Source: Nostoc sp. DedSLP03 (GTDB lineage Bacteria; Cyanobacteriota; Cyanobacteriia; Cyanobacteriales; Nostocaceae). Taken from it: a stretch of DNA of 64,000 nt. The translations under genes and the position numbers were made by a program. Below, piece after piece: positions 56,275 through 64,000 of the stretch. The notes under the pieces were generated by a model. It made no database searches and was not told where the DNA came from. It saw only the letters and a program-made list of their open reading frames with translations. Every line of letters begins with the position of its first letter. Positions within the stretch are counted from its first letter, which is position 1. Location: contig NZ_JAVRCK010000006.1 of NCBI RefSeq assembly GCF_034530815.1, positions 8,988 to 72,987 on the forward strand, given 5' to 3'.

Positions 56275-57468
56275 TTACCGAGAAAGTGTTTCTATAATCG
56301 GACGGAATAGCCAATTAAAACCAACTTTCAGCTGATGGTCTAAAGTTGGCAATCTATATAAATAAGCAGCACGGCGAGCGACGTATGCTAAGGGGCCATC
56401 TAGTTTAATTCCTAAACCAGTGAGAGTGGCGTTGTCTATTCCTAGTGCCATCATTTCTCCTAACTGTTGGTAGTGGAAGGGAAGGAGGGGGCGATTAGTC
56501 AGAGTTGCCCAGATATTCCAAGCAGTATAATCAGCTTGTTGAAAAGCCGCTTGTGCCGTAGCGGGGACTTGCTGTCCTTCAGCATCATGACAATCTGCTA
56601 AATCTCCCAAGGCAAAGATTTCTGGACAATCGAGGACTTGCAAATTGGATGTAGTGGTGATTTGACCGCGCTGATTTTGCTTGAGAGGAAGAGATTTTAC
56701 TACGGGCGGAACCTTAGTTCCTACAGTCCAAATTACCAAATCCACGGGAATCGTGTCTAACTGGTTTTTGTACTCTAGGGAAATGCTATTTTGCTCGATT
56801 GATTCTACTTTGGTTTCTAAGTCAATAAATACACCACGGGCATTTAATGCTTTCTTTGCTGCTTCCCGATTAAACTCTGGGGAAGTTCGCAAAATTTGGT
56901 CGGCGATTTCAACGATCCGAAAGCGTCCTCTTTCGCCTAGTCTGTCAGCTAACTTACAAGCTAACTCTACACCACTGTAGCCAGCCCCAACGATCGCTAC
57001 CCGAATTTTATCAGCATCGGATTCTTCTAAAAATCGCAGGCGTTCTTCTAAACGATAAGCATCAGAGATGGTGCGGAATGTGTAGGCGTAGGCTGCCGCA
57101 CCAGGAACTAAATCTAGCGGTGTCTCACCTCCTAGCGCTAACACTAATCGGTCATAAGGGATTTCCGGGCCTTCTTGGATATTTACCCGTTGCTGGTCGA
57201 TGTCAATTCCAGACACAACGCCTTGATAAAAACGCACTCCTGTGCCTTGTAAAAGTTCTTCAAAGGGTGGGGCAATTTCCCAAGTTTGCAGTTCGCCAGT
57301 GAGTAATTCGTAAAGTAAAGGAGAGAATAGGAAGCGATCGCTTTGATCTATTAGAACAATTTCGGGTTTTTGCGTAGATTCCCAAGGTAATTGACTTAAC
57401 CGCAAGGCTGTGTAGAGACCACCAAAGCCTCCACCAAGGATACAAATTCTAGAAGTTTGTTCAGTCAT
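56275..57468 (-). CDS. type II NAD(P)H dehydrogenase (NDH-2)
   Basis: 397-aa ORF with two dinucleotide folds (ICILGGGFGGLY and VAIVGAGYSGVE) and an NDH-2-like C-terminus. Confidence 0.85.
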   Translation of the reverse strand: MTEQTSRICILGGGFGGLYTALRLSQLPWESTQKPEIVLIDQSDRFLFSPLLYELLTGELQTWEIAPPFEELLQGTGVRFYQGVVSGIDIDQQRVNIQEGPEIPYDRLVLALGGETPLDLVPGAAAYAYTFRTISDAYRLEERLRFLEESDADKIRVAIVGAGYSGVELACKLADRLGERGRFRIVEIADQILRTSPEFNREAAKKALNARGVFIDLETKVESIEQNSISLEYKNQLDTIPVDLVIWTVGTKVPPVVKSLPLKQNQRGQITTTSNLQVLDCPEIFALGDLADCHDAEGQQVPATAQAAFQQADYTAWNIWATLTNRPLLPFHYQQLGEMMALGIDNATLTGLGIKLDGPLAYVARRAAYLYRLPTLDHQLKVGFNWLFRPIIETLSR

Positions 57469-57601
57469 CTATTCTATGTTATGGAACAATCAATATTAAT
57501 TAGGCATCTAACTTCAGGGTAACTGAAAGTTTAGGTTTCAAAACCCTCCATTTGTATGAATGGTTTTAACATCAGTAACTCAACACTGCTTCGGTGAGAC
57601 A

Positions 57602-57706
57602 AAAGGTGGATTAACGAGTCTTTAATATGGATTCATCCAGTTCAAAGGTGGATGAACGAGTCTTTGATATGGATTCATCCAGTTCAAAGGTGGATGAACG
57701 AGATTC
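57602..57706. repeat. 42-nt tandem repeat, 2.5 units
   Basis: The unit aaaggtggatgaacgagtctttgatatggattcatccagttc starts at 57602, 57644 and 57686 (partial). Each junction can form the hairpin ttcatcca/tggatgaa. Confidence 0.9.
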
Positions 57707-57740
57707 TAACTCTCCTTCATCCCCAATCCCTAATTCCCAC

Positions 57741-59768
57741 TCACTGAGACAACCGCCAAATCTTAATAGTATTATCTTCACTACCGCTAACAAGGGTTTT
57801 GCCATCAGGAGTGAAGGTAACAGATGTGACGGTGTTGGTGTGCCCTGCTAATGTGAGAATTTCTTCTCCTGTAGCTGTATTCCACAGTTTGATAGTGCGA
57901 TCGCGGCTACCACTAGCAACAATTTTACCATCAGTACTGAAGGCTACGGATGTGACAGTATTGCTATGTCCCGCTAAGGTGCGAAGTTCTCTTCCCGTAG
58001 CTAAATTCCAAAGTTTAATGGTGCGATCGCGGCTAGCACTGGCTAAAGTTTTACCATTTGGGCTAATAGCCACAGTTGTCACTGTTTGAGAATTCCCTTC
58101 TAGTGTACGGATTGGGTATCCCTTTGCTAAATTCCAGATTTTGATCGTCTTGTCAAAACTGCCACTGGCAAGAATCACACCATTAGGACTAATAGCCACT
58201 GACCGCACCCAGAATGTATGCCCTGCTAGTGTCCGAATTTGCTCTCCTGTTGCCAAATCCCAGATTTTAATCGTGTTGTCATCACTAGCACTAACTAAAG
58301 TCTCGCTATCAGCACTGATGGCTAGGGCATGAACTGAGTTAGAATGCCCTATAAGAGTGCGAATTTGTTTTCGCGTTGCCAAATTCCAGATTTTAATCGT
58401 GTTGTCATCACTAGCACTAACTAGAAGTTTGCCATCTGGACTAATGACTACGACATTCACCTGCTGAAAATGCCCTTTGAGTGAAGCGATTAGTTTTCCG
58501 GTTGCAAGATTCCAAAGTTTGATCGTGCCATCGTCGCCACTGCTGGCTATAGTTTTACCATCGGGACTGATGGCGACAGATAAAACTGAGTTTTCGTGTC
58601 CTTGGAGGGTGTTAGCTAAGGAAACTTTACCCAAGCTAATCTGACTCAAAATCGCATCATTTTTACTAGGACTATTTTGTTGCATCAACCTAGAGACCAA
58701 ACTGGTTTGAATCCGGCGAAAATGTTTATACCAAGATTCGCTGAATCCAAATAACAGAATGAAAGCACTTACCAAGATTAAAATTCTTAGTAAGGGATAG
58801 CTTTTTGGTAAAGCTGGTGCTTTAGTTGGTGGTAATTTCCCAGATGACTTACCCGCAGGTGGCAGTGCGAGGAGTTGTTTTGGAGTCAAGTCTCTCAGGA
58901 CTTCTTCGGCTGACTGGTAACGTTCCTGGATATCTTTTTTCAAAAGCTTGTCGATGACAAAATCCAACTCAGGATTTAATGGACTCCGCAAATATTCCCG
59001 CCAATTACTTACCCAAGCGTACCCAGATTCCATCCACAACTGAAATGGGGAATTTCCCGTTAGCAGATGAAAGCAGGTAGCCCCCACACCGAACAAGTCG
59101 CTGGCGGGGAAAGCTTTGCCATCTCTAATTTGTTCTAGGGGAGAATAGCCATGCGAACCAATGGATGTGCCAGATTTCTGCTGAACTTTGGCGGTAAATT
59201 GCTTTGAGGAGCCAAAATCAATCAAACTTAATCGCCCATCATTTTTATTGCGGATAATATTTTCTGGCTTGATGTCTCGGTGAATAATTTTGCGATCGTG
59301 GATAAATTTTAGGATGGGTAGTAAATCTAACAAAATAGATTGAATGTCTCTAGCGTTATAAGCCTTGCGCTGTTGTAACTCCTTTAACAAATTATCTCCA
59401 TTAATAAACTGCTGCACCAAATATAGGCAGCCGTCTTGCTCAAAATAAGCTATCAAAGTCGGAATTTGGGGATGTTCCCCCAGGTCTTGTAGTCGCTGCG
59501 CTTCTTCGGCGAACAACTCCATCGCCTTTTTTTGCGACCAAGTTCCTTGGAATTTTGGAGCTAATTGCTTAATAACACAGCGTTCATTGAGTTTATCTAC
59601 GTCTTCTGATAGATAGGTTCTGCCAAATCCCCCCTCATCTGAAAGGACTCGGATCACACGAAAGCGATTTCTTAAAAGTGACACCAGCGGGGTGCTACAA
59701 CTTTGGCAAAACTTCTTTCCATTGGGATTCAGGGGATTTGAGCAATCGGGATTTAAGCAGCAGATCAT
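57741..59768 (-). CDS. Ser/Thr protein kinase with 4-Cys prefix, TM segment and WD40 repeats (paralog of 43729-45801)
   Basis: Begins MICCLNPDCSNPLNP..CQSC, by analogy with the paralog; the ORF track extends to a TTG at 59795. Hanks motifs (HRDIKPEN, DFG), a TM segment, and about seven WD40 units. Confidence 0.9.
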   Translation of the reverse strand: MICCLNPDCSNPLNPNGKKFCQSCSTPLVSLLRNRFRVIRVLSDEGGFGRTYLSEDVDKLNERCVIKQLAPKFQGTWSQKKAMELFAEEAQRLQDLGEHPQIPTLIAYFEQDGCLYLVQQFINGDNLLKELQQRKAYNARDIQSILLDLLPILKFIHDRKIIHRDIKPENIIRNKNDGRLSLIDFGSSKQFTAKVQQKSGTSIGSHGYSPLEQIRDGKAFPASDLFGVGATCFHLLTGNSPFQLWMESGYAWVSNWREYLRSPLNPELDFVIDKLLKKDIQERYQSAEEVLRDLTPKQLLALPPAGKSSGKLPPTKAPALPKSYPLLRILILVSAFILLFGFSESWYKHFRRIQTSLVSRLMQQNSPSKNDAILSQISLGKVSLANTLQGHENSVLSVAISPDGKTIASSGDDGTIKLWNLATGKLIASLKGHFQQVNVVVISPDGKLLVSASDDNTIKIWNLATRKQIRTLIGHSNSVHALAISADSETLVSASDDNTIKIWDLATGEQIRTLAGHTFWVRSVAISPNGVILASGSFDKTIKIWNLAKGYPIRTLEGNSQTVTTVAISPNGKTLASASRDRTIKLWNLATGRELRTLAGHSNTVTSVAFSTDGKIVASGSRDRTIKLWNTATGEEILTLAGHTNTVTSVTFTPDGKTLVSGSEDNTIKIWRLSQ

Positions 59769-60194
59769 GATCTGACAGGCGCGACTGCATGACAACTTAG
59801 GCTAAGTTTGTCCCGAACTTTCCCTTAAAATAATTGACTCTCGCTTACTTGTGGTAGATAAACCCTGTTCTGGGGATTGGGGAATTACTTATATAGTTAG
59901 CTTTTGTAAATAGTAGTCAGTCTTCCTCATCTGTGGAAAACTACGAGAGCCATAAGATTAATTATTCTATCGATTATATAATAATCTAAATAAAAATATT
60001 TTTAGGAACTTTTAAACCTCGTAATTTTGCTTGTATCTTAGCAAGCGACAACTGACTAAGTATTGAATATAAACCCTGATTAATGAATCATTACTGACTA
60101 TCAAATATAGTTAAAATGCTTACTAAATTTGTTTTGGCTATTTTAAATTGCTCATAATTAATTATTCATTTGATACCTCAACTAAAAAGGCTGC

Positions 60195-60316
60195 AACATA
60201 CAGCAGATTTCAAGGAAAGTAAGGTACACAACCTAAGTCTGTTACCCAGGTATAAAGTATGTTTTACTCCTGTTAGCGCAGCAGGGCGTAGCCCATTCTG
60301 AATTCTGCTGTATGTT
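60195..60316. repeat. palindromic dispersed element, copy X (13-nt terminal inverted repeat AACATACAGCAGA/TCTGCTGTATGTT)
   Basis: The ends at 60195-60207 and 60304-60316 are perfectly complementary. The right end overlaps the kinase stop codon. Homologous to 61735-61822, with an extra ~28-nt insert at 60268-60295. Confidence 0.75.
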
Positions 60317-61409
60317 ATCTTGTTTCCTTGAATCTTGCTTTCCATTTCCGAATCGCACTAGCAGTTCTAGCTACAGGTGGCATGTATACATCATAATTTT
60401 CCTGTTGTATAATTTCATGTTGTGTAATTTTGTTTTCTGTAATTTCGTGTTGTGTAATACTTTTATTATTTAATTTTTGGGTAGTTAAACAGTTAGCCAA
60501 AGTAGGCAAATAACTTTCACTACTTAAAGCTTTCATCACTTCATCGGCAGTCTTAAACCGCTCCTCTAAAGTAATTTTCACCATTTTTCCTAAAATCTGA
60601 GCGAAACTGTTGCTGATATTTACCTGTTTTTGCCAAGATATTTCACCAGTTTTTGGGTCGTAGTCCAATTCTAAAGGACTTTTAGCAGTCAACATAAAAA
60701 TGCAGGTTACACCCAGTGCATAAATATCACTGGCATAAACTGGACGTAAAGAAAACTGTTCTGGTGGTGCAAATCCCTTAGTACCGATAAAGTTGGTATT
60801 GACAGCTTGATTGATTGAGTTTTCACAAACATCAACTAATTTCTCTTTCACCGCACCAAAATCAATCAGCACCATGCGCCCATCATATTCACACCGCAAT
60901 AAATTTTGAGGCTTAATATCCCGATGAATCACATGATGTTTATGAAGATACTGTAAGACAGGTAATAATTCCTGTAAGAACTGCTTAACTGAGGATTCAC
61001 TTTTGGGCCCAGTTTGCCGCACTTCTCGCGCCAAAGTCAAACCCGGCACATATTCTTGAATTAAAAAAAACTGCCCATTTGCCTGAAAGTAGTCTAATAA
61101 CATGGGAATTTGCGAATGACTACCGAGTTGTCCCAAAATTCTTGCTTCTTTTTCAAAGCGCATACATGCCCTTTGCCAACTTTGGGGACTAGTCACTTTT
61201 GGACAAAGCTGTTTAATAACACACAGTGGCTTCCCAGGTAATACGGCATTTTTGGCTAAAAATGTTACACCAAAACCACCTCTACCTAAAATTTGCAGTA
61301 TTTCATAGCGATCGCGAAATAGCCGTTTGGAACCACACATCTGACTCAACTGAGTTGGTTGTGAAATGCTCTCTTGAGAATTCGTTGTTTTTTGAGGAAA
61401 ACGATTCAT
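60315..61409 (-). CDS. Ser/Thr protein kinase (no WD40)
   Basis: 364-aa ORF with Hanks motifs (GRGGFGVTF, VIKQL, HRDIKPQN, DFG, GTKGFAPPE). The C-terminal tail has a short duplication (ITQHEITENKITQHEI). Confidence 0.88.
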   Translation of the reverse strand: MNRFPQKTTNSQESISQPTQLSQMCGSKRLFRDRYEILQILGRGGFGVTFLAKNAVLPGKPLCVIKQLCPKVTSPQSWQRACMRFEKEARILGQLGSHSQIPMLLDYFQANGQFFLIQEYVPGLTLAREVRQTGPKSESSVKQFLQELLPVLQYLHKHHVIHRDIKPQNLLRCEYDGRMVLIDFGAVKEKLVDVCENSINQAVNTNFIGTKGFAPPEQFSLRPVYASDIYALGVTCIFMLTAKSPLELDYDPKTGEISWQKQVNISNSFAQILGKMVKITLEERFKTADEVMKALSSESYLPTLANCLTTQKLNNKSITQHEITENKITQHEIIQQENYDVYMPPVARTASAIRKWKARFKETR

Positions 61410-61640
61410 TAGTATAAAATATCTGCTCTTAAACGTCTCTAATTTTATGACAATTCTTTATTGGCAACAGTAAGATTACTGAATCTTTGCCAAATCCTCA
61501 TTACTCTTCAAAAAGTAAAAATAAATTTTCCTAGAATTAGTCTTTTCACGGATGTGTGACGAGCTAATTTATAGTTTTGTAAAGGTGAAAGTCTGTTGCG
61601 TGGGTATTTATAAAAATTTTGTATGAAGGAAGATACACAT

Positions 61641-61671
61641 AATAAAACCCCTTTAGTTTAACAAAAGGGGG
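61641..61671 (-). terminator. probable rho-independent terminator
   Basis: The minus strand reads cccctttTGTTAAACTaaagggg followed by ttttatt. It lies downstream of orf186 and repeat copy Y. Confidence 0.55.
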
Positions 61672-61734
61672 ACGGCGTAGCCGGGGATAAAAATATGTAG
61701 TTTTACACTTAGTACATTTATGATGTTTTTTGAC

Positions 61735-61822
61735 TATACAGCAGATTTTAAACTAGTTAGGTACACAACGATTCGTCTGTTATCCAGGTAGAAAGCGTAT
61801 TTTACTTTTGAATTCTGTTGTA
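61735..61822. repeat. palindromic dispersed element, copy Y
   Basis: tatacagcagatttt...aggtacacaac...tctgttatccaggta...gaattctgttgta aligns with copy X. It lies directly 3' of the orf186 stop. Confidence 0.7.
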
Positions 61823-61827
61823 AGTAC

Positions 61828-62388
61828 TTAAGCTGGTGGAGTTTGTGAAGAGAAAATATCTGTGAGATTCTCCTCAACCAGCAAATCTGGTGTTTGCATA
61901 ATAAATGGGAGTTCGGCTCCCACCAGGCCTCTTTGGATGCGTTCTAAAGTCTCATGAAAAACGATAAACAGAGGATATACAGTATTAGCTCCCTCACTCA
62001 AAATATGACTGTGACGCAGAGGCATCAACCACTCATAATCATTGTCTAGATAAACTTGGGTTTGTCGCCAACGTCCTAACAAATCAGAAAAGTCTTCGTC
62101 AGCGCGATGAATAAAGACTAAAATTTCTGCACCAGTTTTGATTTTCCACTCTGGATCGCACATCAAAATTGCCACATCACAGGGTAAGCAAATCGTTTTT
62201 AAGGCTGTTGTAGCAGGATTGCGAAGCCGAACAATTGGCAAGGGTATAGTAATGACACTTTCATCTGGACGGCGCAGACTGGGAATCATCTCCAAGTAGG
62301 GCCGATATTGCTTTAATAAGGCGATCGCAGCTAGATGATTGCTGTACTCTGCCAAACTCGCTTCGTACTGAGATTTTTGCACAGTCAT
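61828..62388 (-). CDS. hypothetical protein downstream of pilC
   Basis: 186-aa ORF with no recognised motif. Co-directional with pilC. Confidence 0.5.
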   Translation of the reverse strand: MTVQKSQYEASLAEYSNHLAAIALLKQYRPYLEMIPSLRRPDESVITIPLPIVRLRNPATTALKTICLPCDVAILMCDPEWKIKTGAEILVFIHRADEDFSDLLGRWRQTQVYLDNDYEWLMPLRHSHILSEGANTVYPLFIVFHETLERIQRGLVGAELPFIMQTPDLLVEENLTDIFSSQTPPA

Positions 62389-62408
62389 AGTTTATTAAAT
62401 AATGAGGA

Positions 62409-62436
62409 GTAGAGACGCGATCGATCGCGTCTGTAC
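62409..62436. repeat. small palindromic dispersed repeat (GTAGAGACGCGATCGATCGCGTCTGTAC)
   Basis: Near-perfect palindrome between pilC and orf186. Confidence 0.8.
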
Positions 62437-62534
62437 AGAAGTTAAGAATAAAATTAATTAGCGATAAGCTAAAAGTTAGGAATAAAAAATTTTAATTCCT
62501 AACTCATAACTTCTAACTCTTAACTATTAATCCT

Positions 62535-63758
62535 TTATCCCAGCTTTTCAAATACTGCAAACATAGGCAAATACATCGCTAGCAAAATGGTTCCAACCAT
62601 TCCCCCTAGAACCACAATCATCACCGGTTCTAAAATACTGGTCATTGCTTTTACTGCTTGCTCAACTTCATCTTCATAGAAATCGGCAACTTTCATCAAC
62701 ATTCCATCTAATTCTCCAGTTTCTTCTCCGATACTAATCATCTGAATTGCCATAGCCGGAAAAACGGCATCTTTTTGTAAAGCAATGCTAATCATGCCTC
62801 CTTGTTGAATCTCCATCCGGGCTGCATCTATGGCATTAGCAATCACTTGGTTTCCTGATGTATCTCGGACAATTTCTAAGCAAGTTAAAATTGGTACGCC
62901 TGAACGAGTCAAAGAACCAAAAGTCCGGCTAAAGCGGGCAACTGAAGATTTTTGAATTAAGTCACCAAACAATGGCATTTTGAGGGAAAAACGATCGATT
63001 GTGATGCGACCAACAGGAGTTTTACCGTATTGTGTAAAGGCAAATTTCAGTCCGATAAGACCAGCAAGAAGAACTAAAGCACCCGGACTTCTCAGAAATT
63101 TACTAGCATCCATCAAAAATTGCGTTAAAGGTGGTAATGTGATTCCAAGTTGTACAAAAATCGTGGCGAAAATTGGAATAAGAAAAATAGTCATACCAAG
63201 AAAGATAGCAACTGCGATAAAACCCACCACCGTTGGATAAGACAGTGCTGATTTAATTTGGTTTTGTAAACGGGCAACATCTTCTAACAACTTGGCTAAA
63301 CGATTTAATACTTCGTCTAGAACACCGCCAACTTCGCCAGCTTGAATCATACTTACATATAATCCATCAAAACAGTCAGGATGCTTCCGCATTGCCTCTG
63401 AAAGATTCATTCCGCTTTGAACATCGGTGCTAATTTCTACAAGGGCTTGTTTCAATTTAGTATTACTACACTGTTCGGAAAGCACCCCTAAACTTCTAAC
63501 GATCGCAACTCCCGCATTCATCAAAACGGCAAATTGACGCGAAAAAACGGCTTTGTCTTTCACAGAAACCTTAACTAAGGAATTCTGGAAATTTTTCAAG
63601 GCAACATCTGGCTGAAATCCCTGAGATTGCTTGAGTTCTTGGATTACAAAACCTTGATCTCTAAGATTAGTACGAGCTTGTACCAAGGATTCAGCAACAA
63701 TTTTTTCTGTTCGAGATTTTCCTTGCGAATCCCGAACACGGGCAACAAAGTTTGGCAT
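62535..63758 (-). CDS. pilC: type IV pilus assembly platform protein PilC (GspF family)
   Basis: 407-aa ORF with two GspF-type repeats (FSRQFAVLMNAGVAIVRSL and FSRTFGSLTRSGVPILTCL) and three TM segments. Confidence 0.9.
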   Translation of the reverse strand: MPNFVARVRDSQGKSRTEKIVAESLVQARTNLRDQGFVIQELKQSQGFQPDVALKNFQNSLVKVSVKDKAVFSRQFAVLMNAGVAIVRSLGVLSEQCSNTKLKQALVEISTDVQSGMNLSEAMRKHPDCFDGLYVSMIQAGEVGGVLDEVLNRLAKLLEDVARLQNQIKSALSYPTVVGFIAVAIFLGMTIFLIPIFATIFVQLGITLPPLTQFLMDASKFLRSPGALVLLAGLIGLKFAFTQYGKTPVGRITIDRFSLKMPLFGDLIQKSSVARFSRTFGSLTRSGVPILTCLEIVRDTSGNQVIANAIDAARMEIQQGGMISIALQKDAVFPAMAIQMISIGEETGELDGMLMKVADFYEDEVEQAVKAMTSILEPVMIVVLGGMVGTILLAMYLPMFAVFEKLG

Positions 63759-63892
63759 AAAATAAATTCAAAATAGTTGTTATTAATTGGGTATGAGACA
63801 ATTTTATTTTTGATTTTGGATTGAGGATTTTGGATTAAATTTCAATCTAAAATCCAAAATCTAAAATCTAAAATTATTACTCCCCAGTTTCT

Positions 63893-64000
63893 TTAATGTG
63901 CTTTGGCAGCTGCACCAGGTTTTGCACCTGCTGCCTGCGGTGGTACAGAAGTACCGATAAGACGTTGAATTTCATCAGGCTTAGAAGTCTTAGACATCGC
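63893..64000 (-). CDS. 3' end of an upstream gene, probably the PilT retraction ATPase (partial)
   Basis: The open frame to the window edge reads ..AMSKTSKPDEIQRLIGTSVPPQAAGAKPGAAAKAH*. Its position upstream of pilC fits the cyanobacterial pilB-pilT-pilC order. The identity is inferred from context only. Confidence 0.4.
   Translation of the reverse strand, partial: AMSKTSKPDEIQRLIGTSVPPQAAGAKPGAAAKAH

Noticed and set aside
1-64000. Visual search for tRNA, rRNA, RNase P RNA, SRP RNA and 6S RNA signatures (T-loop GGTTCGAATCC-like strings, GAGGAAAGTCC, etc.).
   Set aside because: No convincing match was seen. The only T-loop-like strings (e.g. ggttcaaatgg near 45610) lie inside coding sequence without acceptor-stem complementarity. 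A tRNAscan/Infernal run is needed for certainty.

Overview
This 64-kb chromosomal segment looks like a filamentous, heterocyst-forming cyanobacterium of the Nostoc/Anabaena type. The evidence is threefold. HIP1 octamers (GCGATCGC) are very frequent. Heptameric STRR-type tandem arrays fill most intergenic spacers. Several genes are cyanobacteria- or photosynthesis-specific: acsF, an HLIP, Tab2 and cruF-cruG. I support about 55 CDS, mostly housekeeping: mlaE-like, rnhA, pgl, rph, dcd, thyX, mnmG, miaB, an EF-G paralog, a ClC channel, a TldD/PmbA protein, NDH-2, and pilC plus a probable pilT 3' end. There are also three Ser/Thr kinases (two of 4-Cys/WD40 type), an FHA protein, a DUF433/DUF5615 TA-like pair and a small envelope glycosylation pair. 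I saw no rRNA, tRNA or CRISPR array. I did not find one clear novel multi-gene system. These are the observations most worth follow-up. (1) A frameshifted Rpn/DUF4351 nuclease-like gene lies in a ~1.09-kb insertion bracketed by a duplicated, decaying copy of the thyX 3' coding end and by HIP1-containing direct repeats. (2) A co-directional cassette encodes a macro-domain protein, an unknown Cys-rich protein and a nucleoside phosphorylase. (3) A large NYN/LOTUS-like protein carries a cyanobacterial N-terminal module. (4) An AT-rich islet carries an orphan HsdR-N-type PD-(D/E)XK protein. (5) Several families of palindromic or MITE-like elements show nested small insertions. (6) Inverted repeat copies flank pgl-rph. 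All functional calls rest on motif recognition by eye, with no database search.
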